64,000 nucleotides of DNA from Okamejei kenojei (taxonomy: Eukaryota): the NCBI GenBank assembly GCA_035221665.1, contig CM069151.1, positions 19,096,001 through 19,160,000 on the forward strand. Reading direction: 5' to 3'. The first letter of the stretch is position 1. The number at the start of each line of letters is the position of its first letter. The notes below the pieces were generated by a model. It had not been told where the DNA came from. It saw only the letters and a list, made by a program, of their open reading frames with translations, and did no database searches. A program made the translations under genes and the position numbers. Of this stretch, positions 1 through 15,000 are shown piece by piece.

Positions 1-82
1 TAATTTCACACTCATCTTTTCAGTAAAGTCTTCTTTGCAGCACTCGCAAAAATTGTCCATGCGATTTCTTTTGAAGTCATAT
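1..82 (-). CDS. Mucin exon: cystine-knot domain, second part (runs off window)
   Basis: AG acceptor 83-84; [27 protein letters not shown] with CK-type CxCC. Confidence 0.85.
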
Positions 83-3000
83 CTTGAAAAATATTTGCAT
101 AAAGATGTAGGACAAGGTTGTTAACTTATTATTACAATGTTAAATTAGCCTATTCTTGTTGAGTTTTTATGGCTGAATACTACATTATTACGCAGTATTG
201 CCCACCGGTCTGGCAATTACTTAATTTTTATAATTTTGTTTATTAATTCCTGCATGTTCACTCTCCACCATGTATACATGTAGTCTTCTCCAGCCCTACA
301 ACTTTTAGATCTTTAAAGGCCATGATTTACCTTGAGCATTTTTAGTCTAAAAGATGCCATGCAATTCATTACTGTTGCAGACCCATTATGGAACGGTTTA
401 AATACACTATTTTAGTATTCCGGTTTCTTACTTTAATAAAATGCAAGTTATTTCCTACCCTTCAGCAGCTACCTCTATGTTCTTGACAATGCAGCAGTCC
501 AGAGATTGAACCAATTGGCAAGCGTAAAGCAGCAGGATGTTGCGGACAGAGTGTGGAATGGCAGGGGTGGGAATGAAAATAGGAACAAGACTGTTTCCCG
601 TGGTCAGCAGTGAGGGTTGCCAGCACTACTGCGATCCTCCAAACTGAATTCACACTTATTGCAAGCTTCCCAACGGGAGCCGTTGAAACTATTTTTAATC
701 GGACTTCATCTTGCACCAAATAAAATACCCTTTATCCTGTATCTGGACGGCTCAATTGTAATCACGTATAGTCTTCTCAATGATTGGATAGCATGCAACA
801 AAAAGCTTTTCACTGTACCTCGGTACACGTGACAATGATAATGTAAACAAAACTAAAATAGAACCAGCTGGGCGGAATTCTGAACATCTGAATTCTATAC
901 TGGGGACCAAGCAAGACCTATTACTGCATGCCAAAAACTAAATAACAGGCTTGTCTTCAACATAGCTAGAAAAGTGTCAGTTATGTTGGGCAATGACACC
1001 AGACTAACAAATTGCTACTGCTATTGCTTTTTATCCATTCAACTATCACAATTTCAGGATTATTTGGTATCAGGGCTAAGGGTAGGAAGGAAGGGTGGAC
1101 GTGCTCCGCAAGATAGTTTGAGATCATACAGAATAGATGGGGCACAGAACTACCCAGAAAGACTATTGGTCTGTACACTGAAAATGTTGAACTATTATTT
1201 AAATTCACATGCCCATGAGAATTGGAAACACATTAGATCTGGTTGCAGTAAAAAACAACGAGGAAATGTGACAATTTAGCAGAATATAAAGCCTGCTTTA
1301 TATGAACTCAGAATGCTCATCATATAGGGCTTTATAATGTTCTATAATACTCTTTGCTTGCATACATTAAAACAGAACAAATCTCACTTACCGACTTGCT
1401 GATGGACAATATCCTTGACATTGGTTTGCCATAAAAGTTGCTGTACAAAATCCTCTTGTTATTGTTTCATTGAATTTATTGATTGCGCATTTACCTTAGG
1501 AAGGGAAAAGTAAATCAGACCATGTTAGAGGTGTGGGTTTGGGCACCTTGACAAATGTGTATACGTTTATTTGTCTTTGAATTCATAATTTTCAAGCATC
1601 ATTACATGTGTTAAGTTATAAAGTAGTTTATTCTGTAATTTAACAGTATATATAGAGGTGTGATATTGCATTTCATACAATAAGCACTGAAATACAGTAT
1701 GTCACAAAATAACCAAAATCAAAAGCATACGTCTCAAAAAGCCCAAGATGAAATCATAATTTTATGATCAGTAAATTACCAATTCAGTAGCAAAAATACA
1801 TTGGTACAAAATGTGAAGTGATCAGTTCATGGTAGAAAAGCTACAGATGTTCGAAGGGCAGAGAATTATTGCCGACTCGCGTAATGTTCCCTGTGGGTTT
1901 CAGGTGCCAACTTCACTGCTGTCCAATAACCATATGAAATGTGTTGTGTGGATGTCTGATATGAAATTCCTCCACTTCAATAACATGCAAGGAAAGAGAG
2001 ATCCAATGAGCCCATGCCCAGAAAGTAGATTTTATCAGCAGTGAAATGGAACTGAAAAAATATACAATTTTAACAAAAGCTGAGAACAGGTTTGAATTGG
2101 ATAAGAAAAAAAAGAACTTAAAAATGTACATCAGGAGCTTAACGTGGGTTTTTGCAAATGGTTCTTGTAATTCCTGTTAAGTTTTTATCAAAGCACAGTC
2201 TGATTTGAATTATTTCTGAGAATTTCCTCCCATCAATAGAAGTGTTGGTCCTTCTCTAGTTAGTCAGTGATTGTGTAGAGTCATTTAACAGTGTCATTTT
2301 TACAGGACAGTATTAACAGTTTTCAACAAATAATGGAACAAACTATCAATGTTTATGTCAGGTATTAAAAGGGTACCTTGTTGTGAATTGCATTTAAAAC
2401 AGCAACGATTGACATAGGTTCTGTGAGACTGAAAATAACAAAATATTAACAGTTAATTTGGTAAATGTCGATCTTTATATATATACAACTTTTAATTAAT
2501 ACTAACTACCCCATATGTGAAGGTAATATGATTGCTTCACAGAGGATAAACAATTGAAATAAAATAATAAATGAACAGTAGTAATAGTCTCCCTAATTGA
2601 GATATAAAATTTCATTTTAATCTACTCTGATCACAAGACCATAAAAGACACACAAAATCAATCCCATCAGATCTGAAAAGTATTTTATAAGATTCTGTAC
2701 TTCTGAAGGACTTATAGAATGATTTATTCGTTTTCCTTGATGCGATTGACATGCTTGTAATCAATACAGATTCTCACATACCTCAGGGCAGGTTTCATCC
2801 TGAATGCAAGACTGATTTCTGATTAAAACTCCATATGGAGTACATGAATATGAAATGCACGGATTTGTAGGATCTTCCCATGTCTCACCATTCTGTGAAC
2901 AAAACCAGGAGGGCAAAATTACATGGCAGGCACTTTTTACCATTAAGAGTACATCACATCCAACAGAGTGTGTGTCTATGTAAATATTAATGAAAAAAAT

Positions 3001-6000
3001 AATTAGATTTCACAGTACAACCAAAATACAAAACGATTTACCTGTTTTTTACACCCGCAAACTTACTGAGCAAATTTATTTTATGCTTGATGGAAAATAA
3101 AAATGTTAAGGCCTTAATATTCTTCTCCCACCCTGGTCTGAGCAGAAGATAGCAAATTACTTCTTCTCTTCTCCAGGTTATTGTGTGCCTTGACAATCTT
3201 CAGCAGATCTATATAGGTGCTAACTTTCAATACATGAGCTATTTGTTTATTGGTTCAGAAAAAAAATAAGTTTTACTGGTGGTGGGAGAGTAGGTTGGTT
3301 TTGGACATCTGGTCATCAGGTTCCTAGAACTTCACTTCCAAGTCAGTGCCCCTCGGTTATTGTGGGAAAACAGGTCGAGGGTTATAAACAATCTTGGATA
3401 AACTTGGATCAAGGACATCTGCAGGGAAATTTATCCAGTATTGCATGTTGGAGATGCATCCCACAAGGGTGTAGTGAAGTAATTACATTAGGAACTACCG
3501 TTGAATAAGCAACATGGAAATGCTACAGGGGCTGCATGGTGGGGGCAGCTGGTAGGGCCACTGCCTCACAGTAACAGAGACCCGGGTTCAATCCTGACCT
3601 TGGGTGCAATCTGTGTGGAGTTTTTCAAGTTTTCCCTATGACTTCGTTGGTTCTCTCTGGGTGCTCCTGTTTCCTCCCACATCCCAAAGACATGCGGATG
3701 GTTTCTACTGATGGTTTCCAGACAATTTCAAATTAGAAACTATTTTTGTACATCAGCATTCCTAATCTTTTTCCTGTAGCAATGCCATTTCTGATCAGTT
3801 CAGGGAAAAACGTGAAATTTTGGAGGCAAAAGTAGGATATAGTCAGAATCGTCTTTCCTCAAAGGTGCAAATGTCACCTTCCATCACCACACCTGGCAGC
3901 ACAATAGTGGCATTTAAGAGGCTTTTAGATAGGCAGTAAATGAAGGGATATTGATCACGTGCAGGCAGAGGAGAGCATTCAACCTGGCATTATGTTCGAC
4001 ATGAACTTTGTGGGCTGAAAGACGTGTTCATGTTCTATCGTGAAGCGTTTTTGAACACTCACCTTTCTTGGCCATCCTAAATAATCATGGCAACCTGCAA
4101 TAAAACCAAAATAATTGTTTATTAATAAATGTATAACACCAGCAAACACAAAGTGGCGGAGGAGCTCAGTGGCTCAGGCATTATTTGTGGAAAGAAAGGA
4201 CAATCAACATTTCAGATCAGGACCCTTCAAACAGAAACAGCCTGACCTCTTGAGTTCCTCCAATCTTTTTATTTTTTGCTAGATTTCTGCATCTGCAGCT
4301 TCTTGTGTCTACATATATAACATATCTGTTCTCTTCAAAGTATTCTTGCTGCAAATGTTTCATTATTACCTCCCAATGTGGTTTTCTTCAATTAGCCATT
4401 AATAATTGCTTGTCTAAATTCCCTCATCCCTGGTTAAAGTTAATGGAACTGAATTTCAGAGGTAGAATATAAAGTACTGGTATTACAATGGAGTGGACCG
4501 AGAGCTATTGATGATTAATATATTTCTCATGGAGATTTTAACCTAATAAAAATACCTATTCTGGATAAAGTAAGAACACTAGTCAAAATCACCTTCTGAT
4601 TTATTGTTTCTTGCATCTAGCTTTAGTGTTACAAATGAGGAATCTCCCACTATTTCATTGAAGATGTGTGTATTTAAATAATTTTGTAACAGTTGCAAAA
4701 GATAAGATATTTTCCTTTATATGACAATGTTGATGAGGACCTATTTGTCTGGGTCACTGGGTTGCCACGTAAAAGCCAGCAAGTATGAACTGAATTGTTA
4801 TTCATTATTAGTTCTCTTGCCATGTTTACAGCAAAAGAATTAATAAAAAATCATCATCATCATCATTGTTGAAAGCATCAACGGGCACAGTGCCTTACAA
4901 TGCAATGTATGACAGTGAGCACAACTTCTATTGAAGTGTGGATGGCCGTTGCCTTGCTAGGAGCTCATCCACCCTTTGACAAGTGTTGTTTTTGGTCCTA
5001 CTGGGGGTCCACACCCCCCCCCCCCCCCTCACTTGGCAAATCAGGTGATGGAGACGGTTTGGTCACGGATTAACCAACCATGGAACAGGCAGCACGGGAT
5101 TACATGGTACCCATGGCGGGGGGAACTCCCCCCGACCTGACACATAATAAATAAGAATAATTGATAATACTCCTTTACTAATCTAATTGGCACACTTGTA
5201 TTTCTCCTTCTGCCAATGAAGACATTTGATAATTATATCAGATCTACTAATGTGTCAAACTTAGCCACAATTCCATGTTCAAGACCATTGCAATTAGAAT
5301 TGAGAGTAAGTATGTGAAAAGGAAAGAGTTTCTTTGCTGTTTCAAAATTTAGGACATTTATTGAAGAGTTTTATAGCAGTAGCTTCAGCAGGTATTTTGA
5401 GAATTAAGGGCCTGTCCCAGCAGCATGCAACTCCATGCAATGAGTGCGACCTAACGTGGTCGCTTGAGCCGTCCGGCGTTGCGGGACCGGTCCCAATTCG
5501 ATCGCCGGAGCCGTGCGGAAGTGTGCGGAGTTCGTCCCGACATCGCGCGGTGCTCCGAAAAACTGACCATGTTCAAAAATTCTGCGCGGCAACAGCTTGT
5601 CGGCTTGCAGTCGCCTCGACACATTACACACCGCCTCGACGTCGTGCCTCCGTGACCCTCTCTGTAGGTGCTTCCATGACCCTCTCTGTGTGTGGCTCCA
5701 CGGCCCTCTCTGTGTGTGCCTCTGTGCCCCTCTCTGTGTGTCCCTCTCTGTCCTGGCGAACTTACCTTTCAGACTTCGCTCCAAGTTCGCCTCACTTCCC
5801 GACCTCCGCACGGCCCCCACTGCCGGTTTGGCATCTTCGCATGCAGGCGCATGCTGTTGGGAACGGCCCTGTACAGGGATCACCCAACTTCGATCACCCA
5901 ACCTCAACCGCTGCCGGTTTGGTTGTGCTCACCGCATGGAGTCGGATGCTGGTAGGACAGGCCCTTTAGTCGCATGAAATATTTCTCCAAGATATCTGCA

Positions 6001-9000
6001 CCAAATAGCAGCTCCAGGAATAGGTGGCTCACAGTGCCAGAGACCTGTGTTCGATCCTGACCTTGGGTGCTATCTGCATGGTATTTGCTTGTTCTCCCTG
6101 TGACTGTGTTTCCTCCGAGTTCTCCGGTTTTCTCCCATATCCTAAAGATATGTGGGTTTTCTAGGTTAATTGGCCTCTGTAAATTGCCCCTAGTGTGCAG
6201 GGAGTGGATGTGAAAGTGGGATAACATAGAACTAGTGTGAACAGGTGATCGAAGGTCACCTTGGACACAGTTTGCTGAAGGGCCTGTTTCCACCCTGTTA
6301 CTCTAAACCAAAAATACCTTTCCATCAGCTGCGTCCCTCTAAACAATTGAGCATTATGGGACGTACACAATCACATCCCACTGGAGCCTGCAGATATTCC
6401 TAATGTAAACAACAAACAATGCAAAAACAATTGAAACTAAAACTTCAATAAACCTACTTTCACAAAAAGGAACACATTTGGATCTGTCTTCAGAAAAGAC
6501 CAATCCATCTGGACAAAAGCAGCCTTCCTCAGCTGGGTTGAAGATCTCTCCAGCTTTCACCACACTGGAGGAAGAGACAGAGGCTTTGATTTAATTTTAC
6601 AATCAAAGACGAAGATTTAATTAAATAATATTATAGTTCATGACCAGATAATTGACATGGATATGAATTTTTAATTGGAACATGCAACTATTATACTTAC
6701 TTATGTTCACAATAGTCACTGTTATTCCTTGCACATGGCTTATATACTAAACCTTCATCACAGGTATACTCTTTGGAATAAAAAAAAAAGTGCATCAGTG
6801 CAGATATGAACAAAATGTCTCAGTAAAAAAGGCATTCAATTGAAATATATATCATCAAAAACTACTGTCATGTTAGCAAAAGTCTAGTATATCCAAATCT
6901 TCATCTTACACATACCTGGAATCCCGCTTTCACCAAGTAAGACATGAAACCTCTAATGAATTTAGACATCCTGAATCCTCTTAATTAAGAATTGATAAGT
7001 AGGCTGAAGATATTAAGTCTCTGAGGTATAAAGCACTCAAAGTGTAAACCACTCAAAGATGTAATGCTGAGGGTTTAAGGCACAGGTGAGCTCACATTGG
7101 GAATATTGTGAGCAATTCAGGGCCCACTATCTGAGGAAGAATGTGCTGGCATTAGAGAGGGTCTAGAGGTGGTTTACGAGAATGGTCCCAGGGGCGATTG
7201 GGTTAACATATAAAGTGTGTTTGATGGATCAAGGCCTGTACTCGTTGGAATTCAGAAGGATGATGGGGCATATCATTGAAACATACCAGATAATGAAAGT
7301 CCTAGATAGAGTGGACGTGGAAAAAATGTTTCCAGTAATGGGATAGTCTGGAAACAGAGGGCACAGCTTCAGAATAATAGGATGGAGTGGAGGAGGAATT
7401 TCTTTAGCCAGAGAGTGGTGAATCAGTGGACATAAACAGAGATGATAGGTTCTGGATTTGTAAGGTTATCAAAAGCTATGGGGAGAAGGCAGGAGAATGG
7501 GTTTGAGAGGAAAAGCTGGATCAATCATGACCGCATGGCCTAATTCTATCTTATGGTCTTTAAACCATTGGTCCAAGAAGAGTATTCATTTTTGTTATTT
7601 TGGTTAGAAACTGTTTTTTGTATCTTGTCATGTTTCCTCTGTACCTGACTATATCTGTAAATATATCTGTTTTTGTATCTTGTCATGTTTCCTCTGTACC
7701 TGACTATATCTGTAAATATATCTGTTTTCATAAGTACCTGATTATCACCAGATTTGGGATACTTACTGCATATTCCATTTGTGGAATTCCTCCAGTCCAC
7801 ACACACACCCACACTTGCACAGGCCAAGGCAGCAGCTTCCAAGCTACTACAGTCAGCAGTGGAATTGAGAACACAGTGGTCAAAGACACAACTCTTGACA
7901 AACCGCTTAAGGTCGATCTTGCTTCTGCATTCTCTAAATGGTCTGAATTAAGAAAAAAAAGAAAAATTACAGGAGATAACAGTGATGAAAATAAAATAAT
8001 TTGTCACAAACTATTTCTAATAATTTATCACTAACTGGCTTATCTATTCAACCTGAAAAACTAGACAATTAAAATTGAAGCTAATAGAAAATTATTTAGT
8101 TGTGTTGATACAACTTTGGTTTTAGTTTACTGATCCTGAGTTTGCTCATCCTACAAAGTGAACTGAACCAGGTTTCTTGAATAGTCTCAGATTTAAAATG
8201 CAACGTATAATGCAAACAATTATTGATGACTTCCGCCAATCTGCCTACTAATTTGTTTGACTTCATTCTCCAGCTTTCTCTGGCAGATTTTTGAAGACAT
8301 GAATCGCATATGACACCATGTGAGTTTTGCATACATTGACCTCTTCATGTGGCTGTGGAATCCTAAGAGGGAGGGAGGTAGTTTAGGGTCTCAACTGCAA
8401 CTATAGTGACAGTTTAATTTAGATATACAGCACAGAAACAGGCCCTTCGGCCTATCAGAACTGCGCCGACCAGCAATCCCAGCATATTAACACTATCCTA
8501 CACACACTAGGGACATTTTTTACATTTACCAAACCAATTTACCTACATACTGTACGTCTTTGGAGTGTGGGAGGAAACTGAAGATCTCAGAGGAAACCCA
8601 CACAGCTCACGGGGAGAACATACAGACTACGTACAAACAGCGCCCATAGACGGGATCGAGCCCGGCTCTTTGGAGCTCTGCTGCTACCTCTGAGATAAAT
8701 TCACTAATCCCAGGAGTGAACTAATTTAGTGCGGCACAGTGTGATTAGTTCTCAGGAGATCTCAGGAGATAAAGGAAGATTGGAGGCAGCAAGCAGACTG
8801 TTAGAGGTGGCTATGCAATTGCCCTGGGGCTGAGCATGTGCTAGTGGCCTGGAGTTTAGCACAAAGCCATAAGTAGTTGAATGTAGTGGAAGATATGTCA
8901 AGTGTGCATCTTCTAAAGGTCATCTCAGTCAACATCCAATTTGACAAGGGTATTAAGGACCCTCTCTGCGTATGCAATAGGAATAATGTCCGCTTGAAGC

Positions 9001-12000
9001 AAATTATAACATCAACACCCTGCATTTACCAATACAATAAACACATTTTTCAAGAATCTTAACATTTAAAATGATCCTGAACCACATGAGAAGATACTAA
9101 AGGTGTCCAAAAGAATCAAAATCATAAGTTTAAGAGTTTCTGAAAAGGGGGAGAGATCATAAGAAGCAGGGGTTTAGGTATTAAAGTCAGACGATCAGGA
9201 CCTAAAATGTGAATCATTGCTGCCATTTTCAGTGCGAGAAATGTGCGGGAAAGTATCTGAAACTGCAGCATTCCCTCAGTTCAGGACTGGATTGTCAAAC
9301 TGGATATTGTGCTCACGTTTGTGATTTAGAGGCAAGAGTAATACTTAATGAGCCCTAGATAATTAGAGAGAGGAGAAGATGGAATAAATGCAGATGGATG
9401 TGCAAATCATCACAATCATTTATCCTGAAATAAAATAAATGGCAAGAATGAGGTCACTTACTCTCCTTGAATGATATCACAGATTGTTTTCGCACCGGGG
9501 CATGTTGGTGGAGGAGGAGGGAGAGTACAGGGAACATTAGTGGGAGCTGAATCACAGTAACGTTTACTGACATCATCAACTTTCCAATCAAATGCAGTTT
9601 TGTGACAACAGTCAGAAGGCTCAACTTTGCCATTTTTTCTAATGCATTGGTCTGCGGAGCAGGATCCTAAAAAAGGAAGAGGGATGTTATTAATTAAATT
9701 AAGGCACAAATTAGCAGTAAGATTTTGGAATGTACGAATTTATACAACTTTATGGAGTCTTAGAATTCATACCGCATTGGCCTTGAGTGTTGTTAAAGAA
9801 GTATTTTTCAGGTACTCTGATCTTAAAGGCATTACGGAAAGCATTAATTACTGTTCGAATGTCAGGAATAGAAATACGTGTGCTGGAGCCTAATTTTGTA
9901 ATGCTAAATCCTTTCGAATTGTAGGGAAGTTTCACTTTTATTCCATTGACTGTTAACTGTGAAAGGAAAAATATAATAATTGTGAAAATTAACACAAGAT
10001 ACAAAAAAAATGTTGTACAGTGTTTTGATCATGTCTAATTAATAGAATTAATATGTCATAAAGTAGTTTCTGGCAATAAAATAAATTGTTCACTTCAAAT
10101 AATTTGTCAAACAGCTCTACAGTTAATGTGTTCAAAAATGAAAAGGTGCAGAACATAATTTAACATGGTTTGTTATGTCATGTCACAAATTATTTTGTAA
10201 GACAAGGTCTTTGCCATATTATCAGACAGTGAAATGAAAAAATAAATCAAGACCCTTATGATGATATCAGGGCAACACAGTTTTGCTTCATTTTTAAAGT
10301 TCTTACATTGGATGTGGGTGTAGTTGGTGATCCCAGCATTTAATGTCCAGACTTAACTGCTTTCAAGAAGGTGGCAATGACCGTACTGAGCTGCTGCAGT
10401 TAATGTGCCGAAGGCTCCGTGGGGACATGCTGGGCACGGGTTTGGGATGGTTTTCACAGACTGGCAAGTTACTGCCTTACATTTGCAAATGGTACACATT
10501 GCTTGATGATATGAATATTTAGAGCAGTGCATTGGGCTACTATGTCCCGCTGTTTTTGATTGTTATTGTATCAAAATTAATCAGGGCAACAGAGTAGCCC
10601 TTCGCTGTCCTGACCTATGCCTTGCAAATGGTGGAAAAACTATAAGCTCCCTCCACAACTCCCTTGTCAATTCTTCACTTCCCTCCCGCTCTACCCCTTC
10701 CCCGGGCACTTTCCCTTGCAACCGCAAGAAATGCTACACTTGTCCCTTCACCTCCCCCCTCCACTCCTTTCAGGGACCCAAACAGTCCTTCCAGGTCCGA
10801 CAGAGGTTCACCTGCACTTCCTCCAACCTCATCTACTGCATCCGCTGCTCCAGATGCCAGATGATCTATATCGGTGAGACCAAGCGGAGGCTTGGCGATC
10901 GTTTCGCCGAACACCTCCGCTCGGTCCGCATTAACTAACCCGACCTCCCGGTGGCTCAGCACTTCAACTCCCCCTCCCATTCCGCATCCGACCTCTCGGT
11001 CCTGGGCCTCCTCCACGGCCAGAATGAGCAACACCGCAAGTTGGAGGAACAGCACCTCATATTCCGCTTGGGGAGTCTGCATCCTTTGGGCTTGAACATT
11101 GAATTTTCTCAATTCTGTTAACACCTTGCTGTCTCCTCCCCTTCTCACCTCTCCCTCAGCCCTCAGGCTCTGGCATTCCCTCTCTCGCTATCGCCCCTCC
11201 CCCACCCTAGTCGCACCAGCTTCTCATTTTCACACCACAAACAGCTTACAATGGCTTGTTCCCTTTATCATTGATACTTTTTTGCATATCTTTCATTCGT
11301 TGTTCTTTATCTCTCCACATCACCGTCTATATCTCTCGTTTCCCTGATCCCTGACCAGTCTGAAGAAGGGTCTCGACCCGAAACGTCGCCTATCTCCTTC
11401 ATCTGCAGTTCCTTCTTTAACACAACAGGTGTCAGAATCAAGTAGATTTTTACTCACTTTCACTTCATCTTTTGAATCATCTGGGGACCAGATTAATCAT
11501 GTGAGCAAGAACTGGAGTGAACTTCGCCAGTTTTGCCACATTTAAACTAAAGATCACTACCTGTACTGCCCACATCCTATGAAATGAACTGAAGAAGAGA
11601 ACAAAGCCTTGGTTAGACACAAATCCCAGCAACACTTAAGGGCCTGTCCCACTTACTCGACGACTGCCAGCACTCGTCAAAGGTAGTTACAGGTCACCCA
11701 AAATTTTCAACATATTGTAAATCCAGCGGAGACCAGAACAAGGTACGACTCTTTGGGCGACTACTGACGACCATACAGGCTTCAACCCTGCGACATGTCG
11801 CCTGCATGGTGGTGAGTAGTCTTGCGTCTTGCTGGTCGCCGCTGAATTTTCAACATGTTTAATATTTTCGCCGACCTATGACGGGTACTTGCAGTCGCCA
11901 AAAAAGTCACGTAAGTGGGACTGGCCCTTTAAGCAATTAAATTTAGAAAGACCTATTGGCTTTGGATGCAGCACATTGTGAATTTATCAAATTGATACTT

Positions 12001-15000
12001 GGACTAAATTATGAGGCAAGATTATATACACTCCACAGAAAGTCTAATGCTGGGTGAAAAATCAAACCAAACTTTATAGGATGCATGTGGCAAACTCGTT
12101 TGCACACACAATGTGGTAATAGTTTGAAATTTCTTGCAATTGGCAAATGATGTGAAAACTTCTAGTTAACAACTCTTAATACAAAGTTAATAGATGTTTG
12201 TTAACTAGAAGTATTGAGTGAAGTAGGACAATTGTAGGTTGAATGGAGTTAGATCAGTCTTGGTGTTTTACATGCAGATCAAGCCTCAGAAGCCAAATGG
12301 ACTGCATGTTTCTAACTTAGAATATTGGCAACAATGTAAAGGAACTCACCACATATTCTCCCCCAGTTGAAATATGCACAACATTTCCATTGTAAGAGAT
12401 AATTAGGCCTTTTGGGCAAGATTTTTTTATGAAGGGGATGCAAAAATAATTATCCACCAGAACCGAGAAATTGTACTTTGGGATTTTTTCTTCCACTAGT
12501 GTATATGTGCAGTTATCAAAGAAGTCATATGACAGACCGCCAAATGTGTTATAATGAGGATCTCCCCATACTTCACATTCACCTACAAATAAATAAGAAT
12601 AAAATGTCAAACAGGCTCAGTGTCAATATTTCCACCTTTTGTTGGGGATGCAAAACAGACAAGATTGGATCAGCTGGACTTTAAGTAGTCAGTGTATTGT
12701 AAATTCCAATAAATAGAAACTGGACAGCATAGGTGACCAACCCATTTACATCTGTTTTTTGTTCCAACCAAAGGTGAAAACTCTTCCCATGATTTAAAGT
12801 AACTTAAATTTAGCAGTAATTTGAATAAACCAGTGATACTAACAGTCACATTCCCACTGCTCACAACATCCGTTTTCGGTGCGAACTTTCACAGGCTCCA
12901 TATTATTACCACATTTTGGTTTACCCAACTCTGGACAGACAACAGGCTCTATTTTATACGTATCTCCTTTCAGACAGGTAACAATTGTGCAGTTGTCCTG
13001 CCATGATTCCAAACACTAGAAGGAACATTATAAATAAAATAATTAAAACTTGACACACTTTACTAAAGCAACCATTGTGCAATTCTGGCAGTTTAAAAAT
13101 AATTTATTGTGTAAATAAGTTCCTTGATTCTGTCAACTAAATATTTTCAGAATTGCAGAATTGACAACCACATTTAAACTAAAGATCATTTCCAAATTTC
13201 TTTCAAAAGCACAGGAACAATGTTTTGTTGAACCAAGATGATGCCCGAAAAACATTACAAAAATAGAACATAGTAATGATTACATGGATCTTACTAAACC
13301 AAGTCTTACTAAAGCCTTTAATTTAAAGGCAGCTTTGTAAATGTTACTTTAATCGGTGACCAGCAGGTAGAGAAACTTTCCTTTGCAAGCACTACAATTT
13401 CCCAGTAGTACAGAGTACCTACGAATGCACCACATGCTTTTGCAGGCAGTTCTTGTCAATTCTCTGCTATGATAAAGCAAGCGAAGGCTACATCGCAACC
13501 TCAACATATGACTGAGGTTATACATTAGTGGCATTTCCCTGTAATCGCCCCATATCCTTCATCCTCGTAATATCTAGATACAATCAAATGTCCTTAATGT
13601 CCAGCTATGCTGTGACTATTGCCAACAAGGTAATTCCCAGCATTTAGGGAACACCATACAGGTTACATTGCAATCACAATGAGTAAACAAAGGACAACAA
13701 ATGAAGCAACAATTTGTGGACAATCGTGCAGCACGTTTATGATAAACAATGTCAAAAGGTGGAATATGACGTATAATCAATCATTGTATTGATGATTTAT
13801 TTGCAGCCACCAAACCTCTTGCAACTGGAGACACAAGAAAATGCAGATGCTGGAATCTTGAGCAAAAAAACAAAGTGCTGAAGAGGGAGCTTAGAGGGGT
13901 GAGCTTATGGGCGAATTCAATGTTCATACCGTTAGGTTGTAAGCTACCCAGACGTAATTTTGAGCAATGACTACCATTTTCTACTGTCTTTTGGGTGTGT
14001 GCCTCAGAAATAAAACAACTTATCTCCTTACCAATTCTTCCACCCCACCGGGCACAGTGTCCCAAAACCTCAGAGCCTATTTTCTAGCAGTTGGGTGTAT
14101 CTTCAGTACTTCCTTGGTCAACCGCCATTATAGGACACTTGGCCAGGGTCAGCTTCGCCAACAGTGCACATCCCAGATAAGTGGTGTGGAATTGGCAATG
14201 AATGGCTTTGTTTTGCTATAAAAATTACACATATCTTTTGATAGGAAACTGGAATGTTGTTGAGTGTATATTAGTTTCCAATATTAAGAATGAGGTCACA
14301 GAGATGGAGGATCAGATGGAATTGAGCAGAATCTGCCAAGCACTCAAAGTATTGCTATCAGGTCTCAGTTTAAATTCTACCAAGTAGAGTCATGGAATCA
14401 TAGAGGAGTGCAGGACAGGATATGCCTTGTTCATGCTGTCAACGTGGACATATTGGGCTAGTCCCATTTGCCTGCATTTGGCCAATAGCCCTCATAACCC
14501 TTCCTATGTGTCCAAATTTATTTTAAAAGTCATAGGGCCCTGTCCCACTTTCTCGAGTTACAAGTTTTCCCCTTGATTCGAACTCGGAGAATTACACTAA
14601 TAGCCATTCGTAGGTACTCGTGGCTGTTTTTTTAAACTCATGGACATTTTTCAACATGTTGGAAAAACGTCCCGACTTACCTGATGCCCCGAGTTCCTAC
14701 TTTTTTAGCTTCCTCTGGCAGCTCATTCCAGAAACTGACCAGCCCTGATATCCCTCTTAATACTTCCCCTCTCACTTCAAGCCTAAGCCTTCTAATTTTA
14801 GAATCATTTTTTGGGGAAAAAGACTGTGACTGTGCACTTTATCCATGCCCCTCATGATCTTATACACTTTAATAAGGTCACCCCTCACCCTCCTACGGTT
14901 CCAAAGAAATGGTCCCAGCCTATCCGACCCCAAAACCTTTCAAAATACCAAAGTGTTAACATTGAATGTGTATAACAATATTATATTTTGTGTAGGGTCT

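Noticed and set aside
5334-5977. Cluster of overlapping GC-rich ORFs
   Set aside because: They lie within a TIR-bounded MITE with a minisatellite; stop-poor by composition and without transposase motifs.
6023-6070. tRNA-like box B sequence (also ~3585)
   Set aside because: SINE heads; no complete cloverleaf.
11536-13188. Shared ~21-mer ccacatttaaactaaagatca at ~11536 and ~13168
   Set aside because: Flanks do not extend; too short to support a call.
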